64,000 bases of DNA from Mobula hypostoma. Taxonomy: Eukaryota. The stretch lies in NCBI RefSeq assembly GCF_963921235.1, contig NC_086129.1, forward strand, positions 31,868,001-31,932,000, in the 5' to 3' direction. The translations under genes were made by a program, and so were the position numbers. The notes beneath the pieces were generated by a model. The model ran no database searches, had not been told where the DNA came from, and was given only the letters and a program-made list of their open reading frames with translations. Numbering within the stretch: the stretch's first letter is position 1; every line of letters starts with the position of its first letter. Shown piece after piece: positions 1 to 12,345 of this stretch.

Positions 1-2585
1 TGTGAAGGAGCCTACAAGGCAGGAAATCCAGGACATCATCCGGAAAGCTAAAGCATCAGCTGCCCCAGGCCCAAGCAGCATATCTTAGAAGGTGTATAAG
101 AAATGCCCAAAGCTTCTTCAGAGACTGTGGAAGGTCATGAGAAAGATCTGGGCCAAAGGTACTATTCCACCAAGTTGGAAATTGGCAGAGGGATGCTTTA
201 TTCCAAAGGAAGAGGTTTCTTCCACAATTGCCCAGTTTAGGACAATTTCTCTCCTGGATGTGGAATGTAAGATTTTCTTTTCTGTGCTCGCAAGAAGGCT
301 GACTTCTTACATGACACAGAGCCACTATATCAACACATCCATCCAGAAAGGTGGTATTCCAGGCTTTTCGGGGTGTCTGGAACACACCTCAATGATTGGC
401 CATTTGATCCGTGAAGCAAAGCAGAAAAAAGGCGACCTAACAGTTGTCTGGTTAGACCTCGCGAACGCCTAGGGGTCTATTCCACATGACCTCATTCTAG
501 AAGGACTCGACCACTACTACATCCCAGTGGCTATTCGAGACATGATCACCAGCTACCTAGGAGGATTCAAACTCAGATTTACATCGGCCCACTTCACAAC
601 TAGTTGGCAGGATCTCCAGAAGGGGATTCCAGCAGGGTGCACCATCTCCCCCACCCTATTTAATATGGGAATGAACCTCCTACTATCAACAGCAGAAGAT
701 ATAACCCATGGCCCGACGCTGGAGTCGGGTATTGTTCAGCCGGCTCTACGAGGGTTCATGGACAACATCACTATAACAACTGTGTCACATGTCCAAGCAA
801 GATGGGTATTGGACACCCTGGGTAATGTAGCCACTTGGGCGAGGATGTCCTTCAATGCCAAGAAGTCCAGGTGCATGGTGATCAGAAAGGGCAAAGTTTA
901 GCCTCCAAGTTCAGGGTGAGGTCATCCCTTCCATTGAAGATAACCCAATAAAATGCTTGGGGAAGTGGTTTAATGTGTCACTGACAGACGGGGCCAATGT
1001 CACCAATGCTGTGAAGCAGACAGACGAATGGCTGAAGAAGATCGACAAATCTGGACTTCCCGGTAAATTCAAGACCTTGCTTTACCAATACGGCATTCTG
1101 CCCAGACTTCTCTGGCTCTTCACACTTTATGAGTTCCCCATGACTGCCGTAGAGTGCATTGAGAGGAGAACCAACAAGCACCTGGGGAGATGGTTGGGAG
1201 TTCCCCCAAGCTTCTCTTCAGTGGACCTCTACATTTGTTCTGGGCAACCGCAGCTTCCCCCGTCATCTGTTGTGGAGGAACTCAAGGTGGCAAAATGCAG
1301 AGCCATATTAAGCTTGAGAGATTCCATTGATGTCTTGGTAAAGCAAGCAGGCGTTACAACCAGATCTGGGCGCAAGTGGGCAGCCAACGCAGCTGTGGAG
1401 GAGGCAGTGTGTTCTCTGAAGCTGCGAGATATCATCGGCAACCCCTGCATTGGGCGGCAAGGCCTCACCTCAGTTCACATCCGGCAGTGGGGAAATGCAA
1501 GCAAAAGGAACAGGCTAGATGTGATACAGGCAGAAGTACGGATCTGTGAGGAAGAGAAGCGGATGTCAAAGGCAGAGGAACAAGGGTCCCAGGGTGCCTG
1601 GACAAAATGGGATCTGCCTAAGCGCAAGATCTCATGGGCAGAGTTATGGAGACTGGAGCCCTTCCGTATTTCCTTCCTCTTGTGATCCGTGTATGACACC
1701 CTTCCTTCACCATTACATCTGTACACATGGGGGATGACAGAGGACCCGAACTGTAAGCTCTGTGGTCAAAAGGGGACAATGGCTCATATACTCTCCAGGT
1801 GTAAAACAGCTCTAACTCAAGGACGGTGTAGGTGGCGCCATGATAAGGTGCTTCTGGCTCTTGCTGACACACTGGAGTGGGAGAGATGCAAGGAGAGGAT
1901 GACTGGCACAGATTTGAGGAAGGCTATCAGCTTCATCAAAGAGGGAGCTAGGCCATTCGTAACCAAACAACCAAAGCCCAATCTGCTGCTAACAGCCAGG
2001 TCCTGGGAGAAGGGGGCTGATGTGGGAAGGAGGTTGCAGTTTCCAGATGTGGTGCACACAACCCTACGCCCAGACATTGTACTGTGGTCAACCGAAGACG
2101 AGAAAATAATTCTGGTTGAGCTGACTGTGCTGTGGGAGGAGGGATGGGAAGAGGCCCGAGACAGAAAGGACTTGAAGTACCAGCCCTTAGTGCAGGAGTG
2201 TAGACAAGGGATGGCAGGCATGGTTGTTCCCTGTGGAGATCGGCTGCAGAGGTTTCCCAGCCAAATCAGCATGGCGGTTGTTGTCAGATCTGGGCCTGGA
2301 CGAAAGGAGCGAAAAACAAGCAGCTGGTAGGATGGGGGAAGAGGCAGAACGAGCCTCTTGTTGGATTTGGAGTAGGCGAGAGGAGGGAAACTGGAAGACA
2401 GGAGCAGATGGGCAGTGATTTGGCCACTACTGCCAGCCCACCAACTGGAGAGTGTCGTGGTTAAGGGTCGAAACACTCGGTGAAGGTTGGGAACCACCTG
2501 ATGACATCTGCTCCTGGCTGAAGGCTACAGTTACCTTATAAGGTATCTGGAGAATGCACCCTAATAGGTGTATGTAACAAGTTCC
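1..2585 (+). mobile_element. HERO-like (R2-superfamily, restriction-like endonuclease) non-LTR retrotransposon; 5' part outside the window; disabled ORF
   Basis: ORF pieces 92..472, 527..901, 957..1685 and 1689..2330 give RT motifs (WLDLANA*GS, QKGIPAGCTISP, FMDN), a CCHC knuckle (CKLCGQKGTMAHILSRC) and a REL motif (RPDIVLWS..IILVELTV..K..KY). There are two in-frame stops (470-472, 1683-1685) and at least two frameshifts. Confidence 0.85.
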
Positions 2586-2589
2586 TAAT

Positions 2590-2960
2590 CACCCTATCAA
2601 CTTGTGCGAATGCTTTGAGGGCTCTGTGGACGTGGAACTCAGATCCCTCTGTTTCTCCATGCTGTTAAGAACTCTGCTATTGGCCTTGCACTCTGCCTTC
2701 AAGTTCAATCTTCCGAGGAGTATCACCTTATGCTTTTCCAGATTGAACTCCATTTGCCACTGCTCTGCTCAACTCTGCATCCTGTGAATATCCTGTTGTA
2801 ATCTACAATAACCACCTACACTATCCACATTGCCTCCAACCTTCATGTCATCTACAAACTTACTAACCCAGCCCTACACATCCTCATCTAAGTAATCACT
2901 GAACAGGAGCACCAAAATTGATCCTTGCAGAACACAAGTCACCAACTGCCAGGCAGAACA
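2590..2960 (-). mobile_element. CR1 LINE RT fragment
   Basis: The reverse complement resembles the post-RT segment of the CR1 copies elsewhere in the window (aaggcagagtgcaaggccaatagcagagttc...agggatctgag). Confidence 0.65.
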
Positions 2961-3149
2961 GTATCCATCTACTGCAGTCATGTGCCTTCTAATTTACATC
3001 AAGCTAATTTACATCAAAAACTTTACAACTTGAAATTGTTCACTATAACATCAAACCTACTTGTAACAGGAGTTGCACTTTTCTCAGGTTCTGAATCCCC
3101 CTGAAGTTAATTAAATGCAAAGGAGAGGGTGTAAAACAGATCAAAAATT

Positions 3150-4185
3150 AGTGGGAAGTTAGAGGATTAGGAAGCTGTAAAAAAAAACCAACAGAAGGCA
3201 ACTAAAAAAGCCACAAGGAAAGAAAAGATGAAGTATGAAGCTAAGCTAGCCAATAATTTCAAAGAGGATACCAAAAGTGTTTTCAAATATATAAAAAGTA
3301 AAGTAAAGGTGAGGATAGATGTGGGACTTCTGGAAAATGATGCTGGATTGGTAGCAGTAAGGGATAAAGAAATGGTGAGAAAATTTAATAAGTATTTAGC
3401 GTCAATTTTCACAATGGAAGACACTAGCAGTGTGCTGGAAATTTGAGTGTCGGGGGCAGAAATGAGTGTAGTTGCTATTGCTAAAGAGAGGGTGCTTTGG
3501 AAGCTGCAAGATCTGAAGGGAAAGAAATCACCTGGACCAGATGTATCATACCCCATGGTTCTGAAGAGATCGTGGAGGCACTGGTTATGACCTTTCAAGA
3601 ATCACTAGGTTCTGGAATAGTTCTGGAGCACTGGAAAAATGAAAATGTCACTCCAATCTTTAAGTAGGGAGAGAGGTAGAAGAAAAGAAATTATAGGCCA
3701 GTTAGCTTGATTTCAATGGCTGGGAAGATATTGGAGTCAATTATTAAGGATAATATTTCAGGGTACTTGGAGGCACATGATAAATTAGGCCAAAGTCAGC
3801 ATGGTTTCCTTCAGGGGAAATCTTGCCTGACAAATCTGTTGGAATTCTTTGGGGTAATAACAAACACGATAGACAAAGGAGAGTCAGTGGATGTTGTTTA
3901 CTTGGATTTTCCAAAGGCCTTTGACAAGGTGCCACACATGAAGCTGCTTAGCAAGATAAGAGTACATGATATCACAGGAAAGATGCTAGCATGGATAGAA
4001 GGTTTCTGACTAGCAGGAGGCAAAGAGTGGGAATGCACTTTGGTAGGAGGGATAAAGGTGTAGCTGATTTTCTGAATTGGGAGAAAATTCAAAAATCAGA
4101 GGTACAGAGGGATTTGGAGTACTCCCTAAAGGTAAAGTAAGTAAATGCCATGTTAACATTCATTTCAAGATGACTAGAATACAAG
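3150..4185 (+). mobile_element. CR1 LINE ORF2 fragment (decayed)
   Basis: Peptides YEAKLANNFKEDTKSVFKYIKSK and SQHGFLQGKSCLTNLLEFF...DVVYLDFPKAFDKVPH. Confidence 0.85.
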
Positions 4186-4299
4186 TCATCCTGCTCCCAA
4201 ATACTTTGAGTCGATGGCAAAGAGCTGTAGATGTGCAGGTGCAAGGTAGCTAAGGTTCACGGTTGAACTTTCAAGGGTAATTGACATTCCAGAATGATA

Positions 4300-6762
4300 G
4301 ATTGAGAGGAAAGCGAGGTGGAGAATATCTGTTAATAAAGGGCAAATTACTGTACAGATGAAACATAATCTTGGCTCAATGGTTCGATATGTGTTTGGGT
4401 GGTCATAAGAAGTAACAGGGAATAGCAAACCCGAGCTATCATTACACTGTACAACAGAGTATAATGAACTGGAATTGATTAGTGAACTTAAAGTAAAAGA
4501 ACACTTAGAGAAAGTCATCATAATATGATCAAATTCACCCCAAAATCTGAGAAGGAGAAGCAAACATCAGATCTATCAGGGAATTACAGAGGTGTGAAAG
4601 AGGAGTTGGCCAGAATTGGTCGAATACAACACTGGCAGCACAGTAGCAATGTCTGGAATTCCTGGAAGCAATTTGGAAGGCACAAGGATGTATACATCCC
4701 AAAGAGGAAGAGGCATTCAAAAGACAAGATGATTCAACCATGGCTAACGAGAGAAGTCAAAGCCCACATAAAAGCCAAAGAGAAGGTATATAATAGAGCA
4801 AAAATTAGTGGGAAGTTAGAGGATTGGGAAGTTTTTAAAAACCAACAGAAGGAAACTTAAAAAATCATTAAGGTAAAGATGGAATACAAATGAAAGCTAG
4901 CCAATAATATTAAATATTGCCAAAAGTTTCTTCAGATACATGAAGTGTAAAAGTGAGGTGAAAGTGGATATCAGACCGATGGAAAATGATGCTGGAGGGA
5001 TAGTGATGGGGGACAAAGAAATGGCGGATGAATTGAATAGGCATTTTGCATCACTGTTCACTGTGGAAGACACTAGCAATATGCTGGATGTTCCAGGTGT
5101 CAGGGGTCATGAAGTGTGTGACCGAGAGAGATTGACAGAGAGAAGTTCCTTGGGAAACTGAAATGTCTGAAGGTAGATAAGTCACGTGGACCAGATGGTG
5201 TACACCCCAGGGTTCTGAAAGAGGTGGCTGAAGGGATTGTGAAGACATTAGTAATGATCTTTCAAGAATCACTTAGATACTGGAATGGTTCTGGAAGACT
5301 GGAAAATTGTAAATGTCTCTCCACTCTTCAAGAAGGGAAAGAGGCAGAAGGAAGGATACTATGGGCCAGTTACTCTGACCTTAGTGTTTGGGAAGATGTT
5401 GGAGTCATTTGTTAAGGATGTGGTTTTAAGGTACTTGGAGGCACATGATAAAATAGGCCGTAGTCAGCATGGTTTCTTCAAGGTAAAATCTTGCCTGACA
5501 AATCTGTTGGAATTCTTTGAAGAAATAATGAGCAGGGTAGACAAAGGAACTTGGATTCTCAGAAGGCCTTTAACAAAGTAACACATGAGGCTGCTTAACA
5601 AGCTACGGGCCCATGGTAGTACAGGAAATATTCTAGCATGGATAACTCAGCAGCTGATTGGCAGGAGGCAAAGAGTGGGAATAAAGGGAGCCTTTTCTGG
5701 TTGGCTGCCGGTGACTAGTGGTGGTCCACAGGCGTCTGTGTTGGGACCGATTCTTTTTATGTTATATGTCAATGATTTGGATGATGGAATTGATGGATTT
5801 GTTGCAAAGTTTGCAGAAAATTCAAAGATAGGTGGAGGGGCAGGTAGTTTTGAGGAAGTAGAGAGGCTACATAAATTCTTAGATGGTTTGGGAGAATGGG
5901 CAAAGAAGTTGCAGATAAAATACAGTGTCAGGAAGTGTATGGTCACGCACTTTAGTAGAAGAAATTAAAGGGTTGGACTATTTTCTAAATGGAGAGAAAA
6001 TTCAAAAAACTGAGGTGCAAAGGGACTTGGGAGTACTTGTGCAGGATACCCTAAAGGTATATTACAGGTTGAATCTGTGATGAGGAAGGTAAATGCAATG
6101 TTAACATTCATTTCAAGAGCAGTAGAATATAAAAGCAATGATGTAATTTTGAGACTTTATAAAGCACTGGTGAGGCTTCAATTGGAGTATTGTGTGCAAT
6201 TTTGGGCCTCTCATCTTAGAAAGGATGAGCTGAAACTGGAGAAGGTTCAAAGGAGTTTCACAAAAATGATTCCAGGATTAAATGTCTTGTCATACGAAGA
6301 GCATTTGATGGCTCTGTGACTGTATTCACTAGAATTCAGAAGAATGGGGGTGGGGGTGCCCTCTTTGAAACCTATTGAATGGTGAAAGGCCTTGATACAG
6401 TGGATGTGGAGAGGATGTTTCCTATGGTGGGAGAGTCTAAGACCAGAGGACTCAGCCTCAGAATAGAGGGGCGTCCTTTCAGAATGGAGATGAGGAGGAA
6501 TTTCTTTAGCCAGAAAGTGGTGAATCTATGGATTGTTTTGCCACAGGAAGCTGTGGAGGCCAAGTATTTATGTATATTTAGGGCAGAGGTTGATATATTC
6601 TTGATTGGACATGGCATGAAGGGATTCGGAGGTGGGGGGTGGGGAGGCAGAAGATTGTGGCTGAGAGGAAAAATGGATCAGACATGATGAAATTGCTGAA
6701 AAGACTTGATGCGCCAAATGGCCTAATTCTGCTCCTATATCTTACGGTCTTACGGTCTTATC
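4300..6762 (+). mobile_element. CR1 LINE, endonuclease C-terminus to 3' end (decayed)
   Basis: Endonuclease tail (ELISELKVKEHL..HNMIKF), RT motifs (SQHGFFKVKSCLTNLLEFF, SGGPQASVLGP, AKFAENSKIGG) and a 3' tail tcttacggtcttacggtctta. Confidence 0.85.
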
Positions 6763-9494
6763 ATCAAGTAACGGTGGGGATTGTCAAAAAGAAAATGCAA
6801 CAATTGGAGATAATTTGGGATGAAGACGCACATTACTGGCCCGAGCAATTTTGCAATTTTGCTTCTCAGAATGCTTCTGACTCTTTGGCATTTTTGCCCT
6901 CAAGAGCTGTGGAGGTAAAGTAGTAGAATACATTAAAAGTGGAGATTGACAGACATTTGAAATACAATGGAACCAAGGCGTGTGGGGAGATTGTGAAAAG
7001 TGATATTAAGGCTAACAGTGGTTCAGCCATGATCTAATTGTATGACCAACTGGGCTTGACCCTGACTCATCCTCATCCCAAAAGCCGAAGACAAACTCCT
7101 CCCACACTGATATGCAGAGATCCTGATCTTTTTCCTGAATAGATAGTGTCTTTCTCCACAATTCTCAGGTGCCTCACCACCCACGAACTCGGCTGCTGAC
7201 CTTCATACGTACACAGTTTACAGAAAAAATGACTCCTCAGTGCTTTAAGCCCAGGCATTCATGTCATATAGAACTTAGGGGAACTCACACAAAACAATAC
7301 CGGCCATTCCAATCTGTCCCAAGTCCTCTCGTCCCAGCAACATTCTTGTGAATCTATTCTGCACCCTCTTTATTTTGGAACAATTATGCTGATCTACTTG
7401 TTTTGCATTTGGAGGATCTTTTGGAGGAGAATGGCTTCAGATGCAAAAGTATTTTTAAGATGAGCTTACATTTATGACCTTTTCAGGTGTCTCTCTCCCT
7501 CTCTTTCTCGCACACATGCAGTCACATTTTCCGAAGATAGAGGAACACTGAGTAACTTTATTTCTTTCAACATTGTGAATGAGTCATATTCTCACCTCAG
7601 TAGTATGTTTGAGAGGAAAATGCCAACATGGTTTTGCAATTTTAAGGAAATTGACATCATTGACATCCGATTTCCTCCTTATACATCATCTTGAATTCAA
7701 ACCCGATGAAGTTGGTCTTTAACAGCGATCCTCACAATGGTCTCTTCCTCCTTCTACTTAGCAATCTATTTGCTGTTGTTTGCTCGGAGGTCCATACCAT
7801 TAATCTTGCTAAAAAATGCTATAAATTGCTAGAAAATCTCAGTAGATCAGTTCACTATGATTCACTTCAACCTATAGTACGTGGCTTGGGCCAGTATTGA
7901 GACTTTCACTACCTAGAACCATCTCTGTAGGGCCCCCTTTATCTCCCTACCAAATGCTTGTCCCTCGATCTCTCTACTGTACTACAGAACCAAGAATTCA
8001 CTATTCCCTATCGTGAATTTACTATCCCCTACTACCTAACAGAACATAGCCCTTCTATTTAATGTCAATCTGACCCTTTTAGCCACTGATGCCACTATTA
8101 TCTTGGTATCTTTTGCTCTGTTGAAATAGAATCATGGTAACTTACAAGCCTTCTGATAGACATGGCTACATCTAACCACTTCCTTGCTCTTTACTCAAAA
8201 CTGCAATTTCCTTTTAAAATTTACTGTAGAACCTTCTTCTATTGCCCTTTCATCTATTCGAGAATACGTTCTGTAATATTCAGCTCCCTCTACACAGCTC
8301 CAGTGACTTGGGTTCAGTCCCATCCTCTGATGCTGTCTCAACAACTAGCATTGCAGTTTGCTCCCTCATTTCAAAATAAAACACATGGGTTGGAAGATGG
8401 AAATAAAACAAATGTGCAAATTCTAGAAATCCGAAATGAAAGCAGAATATGCTGGAAGAACGCCAGGCAGCATTGATGGAAAGAGAAACCATCTACGTTT
8501 AATCACAACCTCTTTCCCACCTCTCCTGAAGAGTTACAGACCTCATCCTGCTGAGCTTTTCGAACGTATTGTTTTTGTATTTGTGTGAATTGGTTGGTTG
8601 TAGAGTGACTTTAAATTTCTCCGGTGTACAGATGAGTGGTAGAATCAGGGAATGGAGAACAATAAGTTAATGTGAAGGAAAAAGATGATTACATTAAGAT
8701 CAGAGTAATAATACGTACTTGAATGTCAGTGTGGACTTGAGGAATGAAGAGCCAGTTTCTACGCTATATCACTCAAGCCAGTAAAATCCTCATTCAGTCA
8801 TACTCTGACTTTAGTCAATTCTCTGAAATTTCTTCCTCTCAGTTCAGGAAAAGCAACCTTCTCTCCTTACTTATTGAGGTAACATCTATTAACACCTTTC
8901 ATACTTTTGACAACTCAGCTCAATCATGCTTCAACTTTCTCCACACTAACCTCGATCTATCTAGTTTATCCAAGTGAATAAAATCCCACTTCTGAAGTTT
9001 TACAGATTTCAAAATTGAGCACTGCGTCCATTCCTCTATTACACGTCACAACCTTGGGGCGTCGGCAGAGTATTCTGCAGGCTCTGAATTTTTTGCATTT
9101 TTTTGTATTTTCTGAGTTTTATTAATTATAATATGTCATGCTTCAGATTTTTTTTTTAATGTGTTACAGTTAGGTCTTCTCTAGTTTACATTTCAGTTGC
9201 AATTGTCCTTGAATACTTCCATTAATTTTCCTTGAGACTTTGCAAGTGTCCAATTAAGTATCCTTGGACTTTTTTCTCTTATCAGAATAGTTACTTCTAA
9301 GCTCGTCAAAAGTCTGGAGTTTAAATTAGCTGGGCATGGATTCCTTTGTGCACTGGAGTGTATTTTAAAGGACGGTGTTAACCCCTCATTTGCTTGGTCG
9401 TCCTGCTCCTTGGCAAGTGAAGTTCTGGCAGAGTTATCCAAAATCTTTTAAGGGCTACTGTTTTGGCTCTTTTATTAATAAAATTCATTGTTTT

Positions 9495-9544
9495 GTGAGA
9501 GTGAGAGAGTGAGAGAGTGAGAGAGTGAGAGAGTGAGAGAGTGA

Positions 9545-9584
<40 letters not shown>

Positions 9585-9666
9585 GAGAGTGAGAGAGTGA
9601 GAGAGTGAGAGAGTGAGAGAGTGAGAGAGTGAGAGAGTGAGAGAGTGAGAGAGTGAGAGAGAGAGA
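9495..9666. repeat. Compound microsatellite (GTGAGAGA)~6-(GA)15-(GTGAGAGA)~10
   Basis: Read directly from the sequence. It explains the repetitive ORFs 9378..9710 and 9485..9697. Confidence 0.98.
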
Positions 9667-9679
9667 ATGGGTTGAATGG

Positions 9680-10990
9680 AGAAGCCCTCATTGCCATGTT
9701 CTACAGACATCTAAATGAAAAGCTCAAGGACGAACTGGCAGCCCATGAACCGGTACAGGACCTTGATGGACTGATTGACTTAACTATCCGACATGACAAT
9801 TGGATGTCCAGGCATCAGAGGAAGCACTGCAGTGAGTTCCCTGGACTTGGTTCCTTCTATCCCCATTCTTCACCCACATTTTCTACTCGTCCAAGTACCT
9901 TACCTGCAATCACACAGCTGGGCAGGACCCGTCTCTCCCCAGTGCAGTGGGACAGGAGATTGAGAGAGCTAGACTGTGCCTTTATTGCAGAGAAACAAGG
10001 CGCTTTGACGTACTTGTCCAGAGCTGTTGGGAAACTCAAAGGGCCGTCTAGTAGAGGGAGGTCTGTGCTGGTCCTGATCTTATGACCTCTGAGGTATATA
10101 TGCCCTCTTTATTGGCCTGGGGTGACAAGGAACATTTATAGACTCTGGCTCCGCAAGTAACTCTTTAAAATCTGCGGGTGTCCAGACAGATGAGTCCCAA
10201 TTGCTAAGCTAAATCATCCCTTAATGCCACGTCTCTTGATGGGTGAACACTTGAGCCAGGAAAGGTGTGTTATGTTTCAGAGCCCCTGCGCTTCCAGGTA
10301 GGGGACCATTCTGAAATGCTTAGATTCCCCCTGGGATCCTTCTCATTTTAGGATGGCCCCGTTATAGACTGGTCTAATGGCAGTGTCCTGGGCTGGGCTT
10401 ACAGCTGTCATAAGGTCTGCCTCCCAGAAGCTTCCTGAGTTCCTGAGACTGCCTCTGACATTCTCAAGTTTGCGACTTTTGATCTCAAGAGTTCCCCTTG
10501 AGTTTTCAGACATCCTTGAGGTTTTCAGTAAATAGATGGCAATCGCATTACTGCCCCTTTGGCGCTAAGATTGTGTCATAGAGTTTCTTGCCAGGGACCT
10601 GTCCACCACGAGGAAGACTCTTTTCCATATCAGGACTGGAAAGGCTAGCCGTTGGGCATACATATTCAAGAGGTATTCAGTGAAAGGTTTATCAGACCCT
10701 CCACTTCTCCAGTGGGAGTGGGGTGCTTTTTTGTAACCAAAAAGATGGGAGCTTAAGACCTTGCATAGATTATAGGGACCTAAACAAAACAACAATTAAG
10801 AATTGCTCCCCCACCCTCTTGCGCCTAATTAACACAGCATTTGAATTGTTGCAAGAGGCAACTATTTTCACAAAACTGGACCGGAGGGCTTAACTTAATT
10901 CGTATTTGTGAAGGGGATGAGTGGAAGACAACTTTTAATACCCCAACAGGTCATTATGAATACTTAGCAATGGCCTTTTGGGTGACAGCT
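9680..10990 (+). mobile_element. Gypsy (Sushi-like) LTR retrotransposon internal remnant: gag, protease and RT
   Basis: Gag-like [35 protein letters not shown], plus RT pieces [20 protein letters not shown] and [19 protein letters not shown]. Many frameshifts. Confidence 0.85.
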
Positions 10991-11065
10991 TTGAGCGTCC
11001 TATCGACAAGGACCCAAGATCTCTCTGATCTTTCACATTGCCAAGAATCTTACCATTGATACTAT

Positions 11066-11480
11066 ATTCTGTCTTCAAATAGGCCCCACCTCCCCCTCGT
11101 ACCCCATCTGTTACTCTTTTTTATGCACACATTCTTTCTCTCACTCTCCTTTTTCTCCCTCTGTCCCTCTGAATATACCTCTTGCCCATCCTCTGGGTCA
11201 CCCCCCCCCCCCGTCTTTCTTCCTGGACCTCCTGTCCCATGATCCTCTCGTATCCCCTTCTGCCTATCACCTGTCCAGCTCTCGGCTCTATCCCTCCCCC
11301 TCCTGTCTTCTCCTATCATTTTGGATCTCCCCCTCCCCCTCCAGCTTTCAAATCCCTTACTCACTCTTCCTTCAGTTAGTCCTGACGAAGGGTCTCGGCC
11401 TGAAACGTCGACTGCGCCTCTTCCTATAGATGCTGCCTGACCTGCTGCGTTCACCAGCAACTTTGATGTGTGTTGCTATC
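11066..11480 (+). mobile_element. Penelope-like element 3' end / pseudo-LTR
   Basis: A pyrimidine-rich tract is followed by agtcctgacgaagggtctcggcctgaaacgtcgact...gatgctgcctgacctgctg...tgtgtgttgct. The same terminus follows the Penelope ORFs at 23905..25320 and 34491..35285. Confidence 0.85.
11378..11413 (+). ncRNA. Minimal type I hammerhead ribozyme motif in a Penelope pseudo-LTR
   Basis: Stem I AGUC (11378-81)/GACU (11410-13); core CUGACGA (11382-88); 3-4 bp stem II; GAAA (11402-05); palindromic ACGU stem III; GUC cleavage triplet (11407-09). Confidence 0.75.
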
Positions 11481-11482
11481 TC

Positions 11483-12345
11483 ACACTTATTTGGGTTGAA
11501 CTCCATCTGCCACTTCTCAGCCCAGTTCTGCATCCTATCGTTGTCCCGTTGTAATCTCTGACAACCCTCCAGACTATCCACAACACCGCCCCCCCCTCCG
11601 CAAGCTTTGTGTCATCAGCAAACTTACTAACCCACCATTCTACTTCTTCATCTGGGTCATTTATAAAAGTCACAAAGAGGAGGGGTCCCAGAACAGATCC
11701 CTGCTGAACACCACTTGTCACCGACCTTCATGTACAATATGAACCATCTACAACCACCTTTTACATGCTGTGGGCAAGCCAATTCTGGATCCATAAACAA
11801 GGTCTCCTTGGATCCCATGTCTGCTTACTTTCTGAATGAGCCTTGCATGGGGAACCTTATCAAATGCCTTACTGAAATCCATATACACTACATCCACTGC
11901 CCTACCTTCATTAATGTGTTTTGTTATATCCTCAAAGAATTCAATCAGGCTTGTAAGGCACAACCTGCCCTTGACAAGGCTATGCTGACTATCTCTAATC
12001 AGATTATGTCTCTCCAAATGCCTCTCTTCTCCAACCACTTGCCCACTACTGAAGTCAGACTCACTGGTCTATAATTTCCTGGGTTAGCTCCACTCCCTTT
12101 CTTGAACAAGGGAACAACATTTGCAACCCTCCAATCCTCTGGTACTTCTCCTGTCCCTTTTGATGATGTAAAAATCATCGCCAGAGGCTCAACAGTTTCC
12201 TCCCTCGGTTCCTACAGCAGCCTGGGGTACATCTCGTCCGGTCCGGGCGACATGTCTAACTTAATGCATTTCAAAAGCTCCAGCACAACCTCTTTCTTAA
12301 TGTCTATATGCTCAAGCACTTCAGTCCGCTGTAAGTCATCCCCAC
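11483..12345 (-). mobile_element. CR1 LINE RT fragment
   Basis: Peptides IRDSQHSLVKGRLCLTSLIEFF...YMDFSKAFDKVPH and [11 protein letters not shown]...KFADDTK. Confidence 0.88.

Noticed and set aside
2466-2510. GAAAC and CTGATGA motifs in the HERO 3' UTR suggesting a permuted hammerhead
   Set aside because: I could not form stem II or the A-U closing pair and UH cleavage site by hand; it would need a covariance-model hit.
7595-7830. Minus-strand donor GAG|gtgaga with an upstream RRRKR stretch
   Set aside because: All frames from plausible acceptors contain stops.
9193-9441. 82-codon minus-strand ORF
   Set aside because: No recognisable motif, weak acceptor, and length compatible with chance.
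9378-9710. ORFs with LSLSHSLT repeats
   Set aside because: These are translations of the microsatellite.
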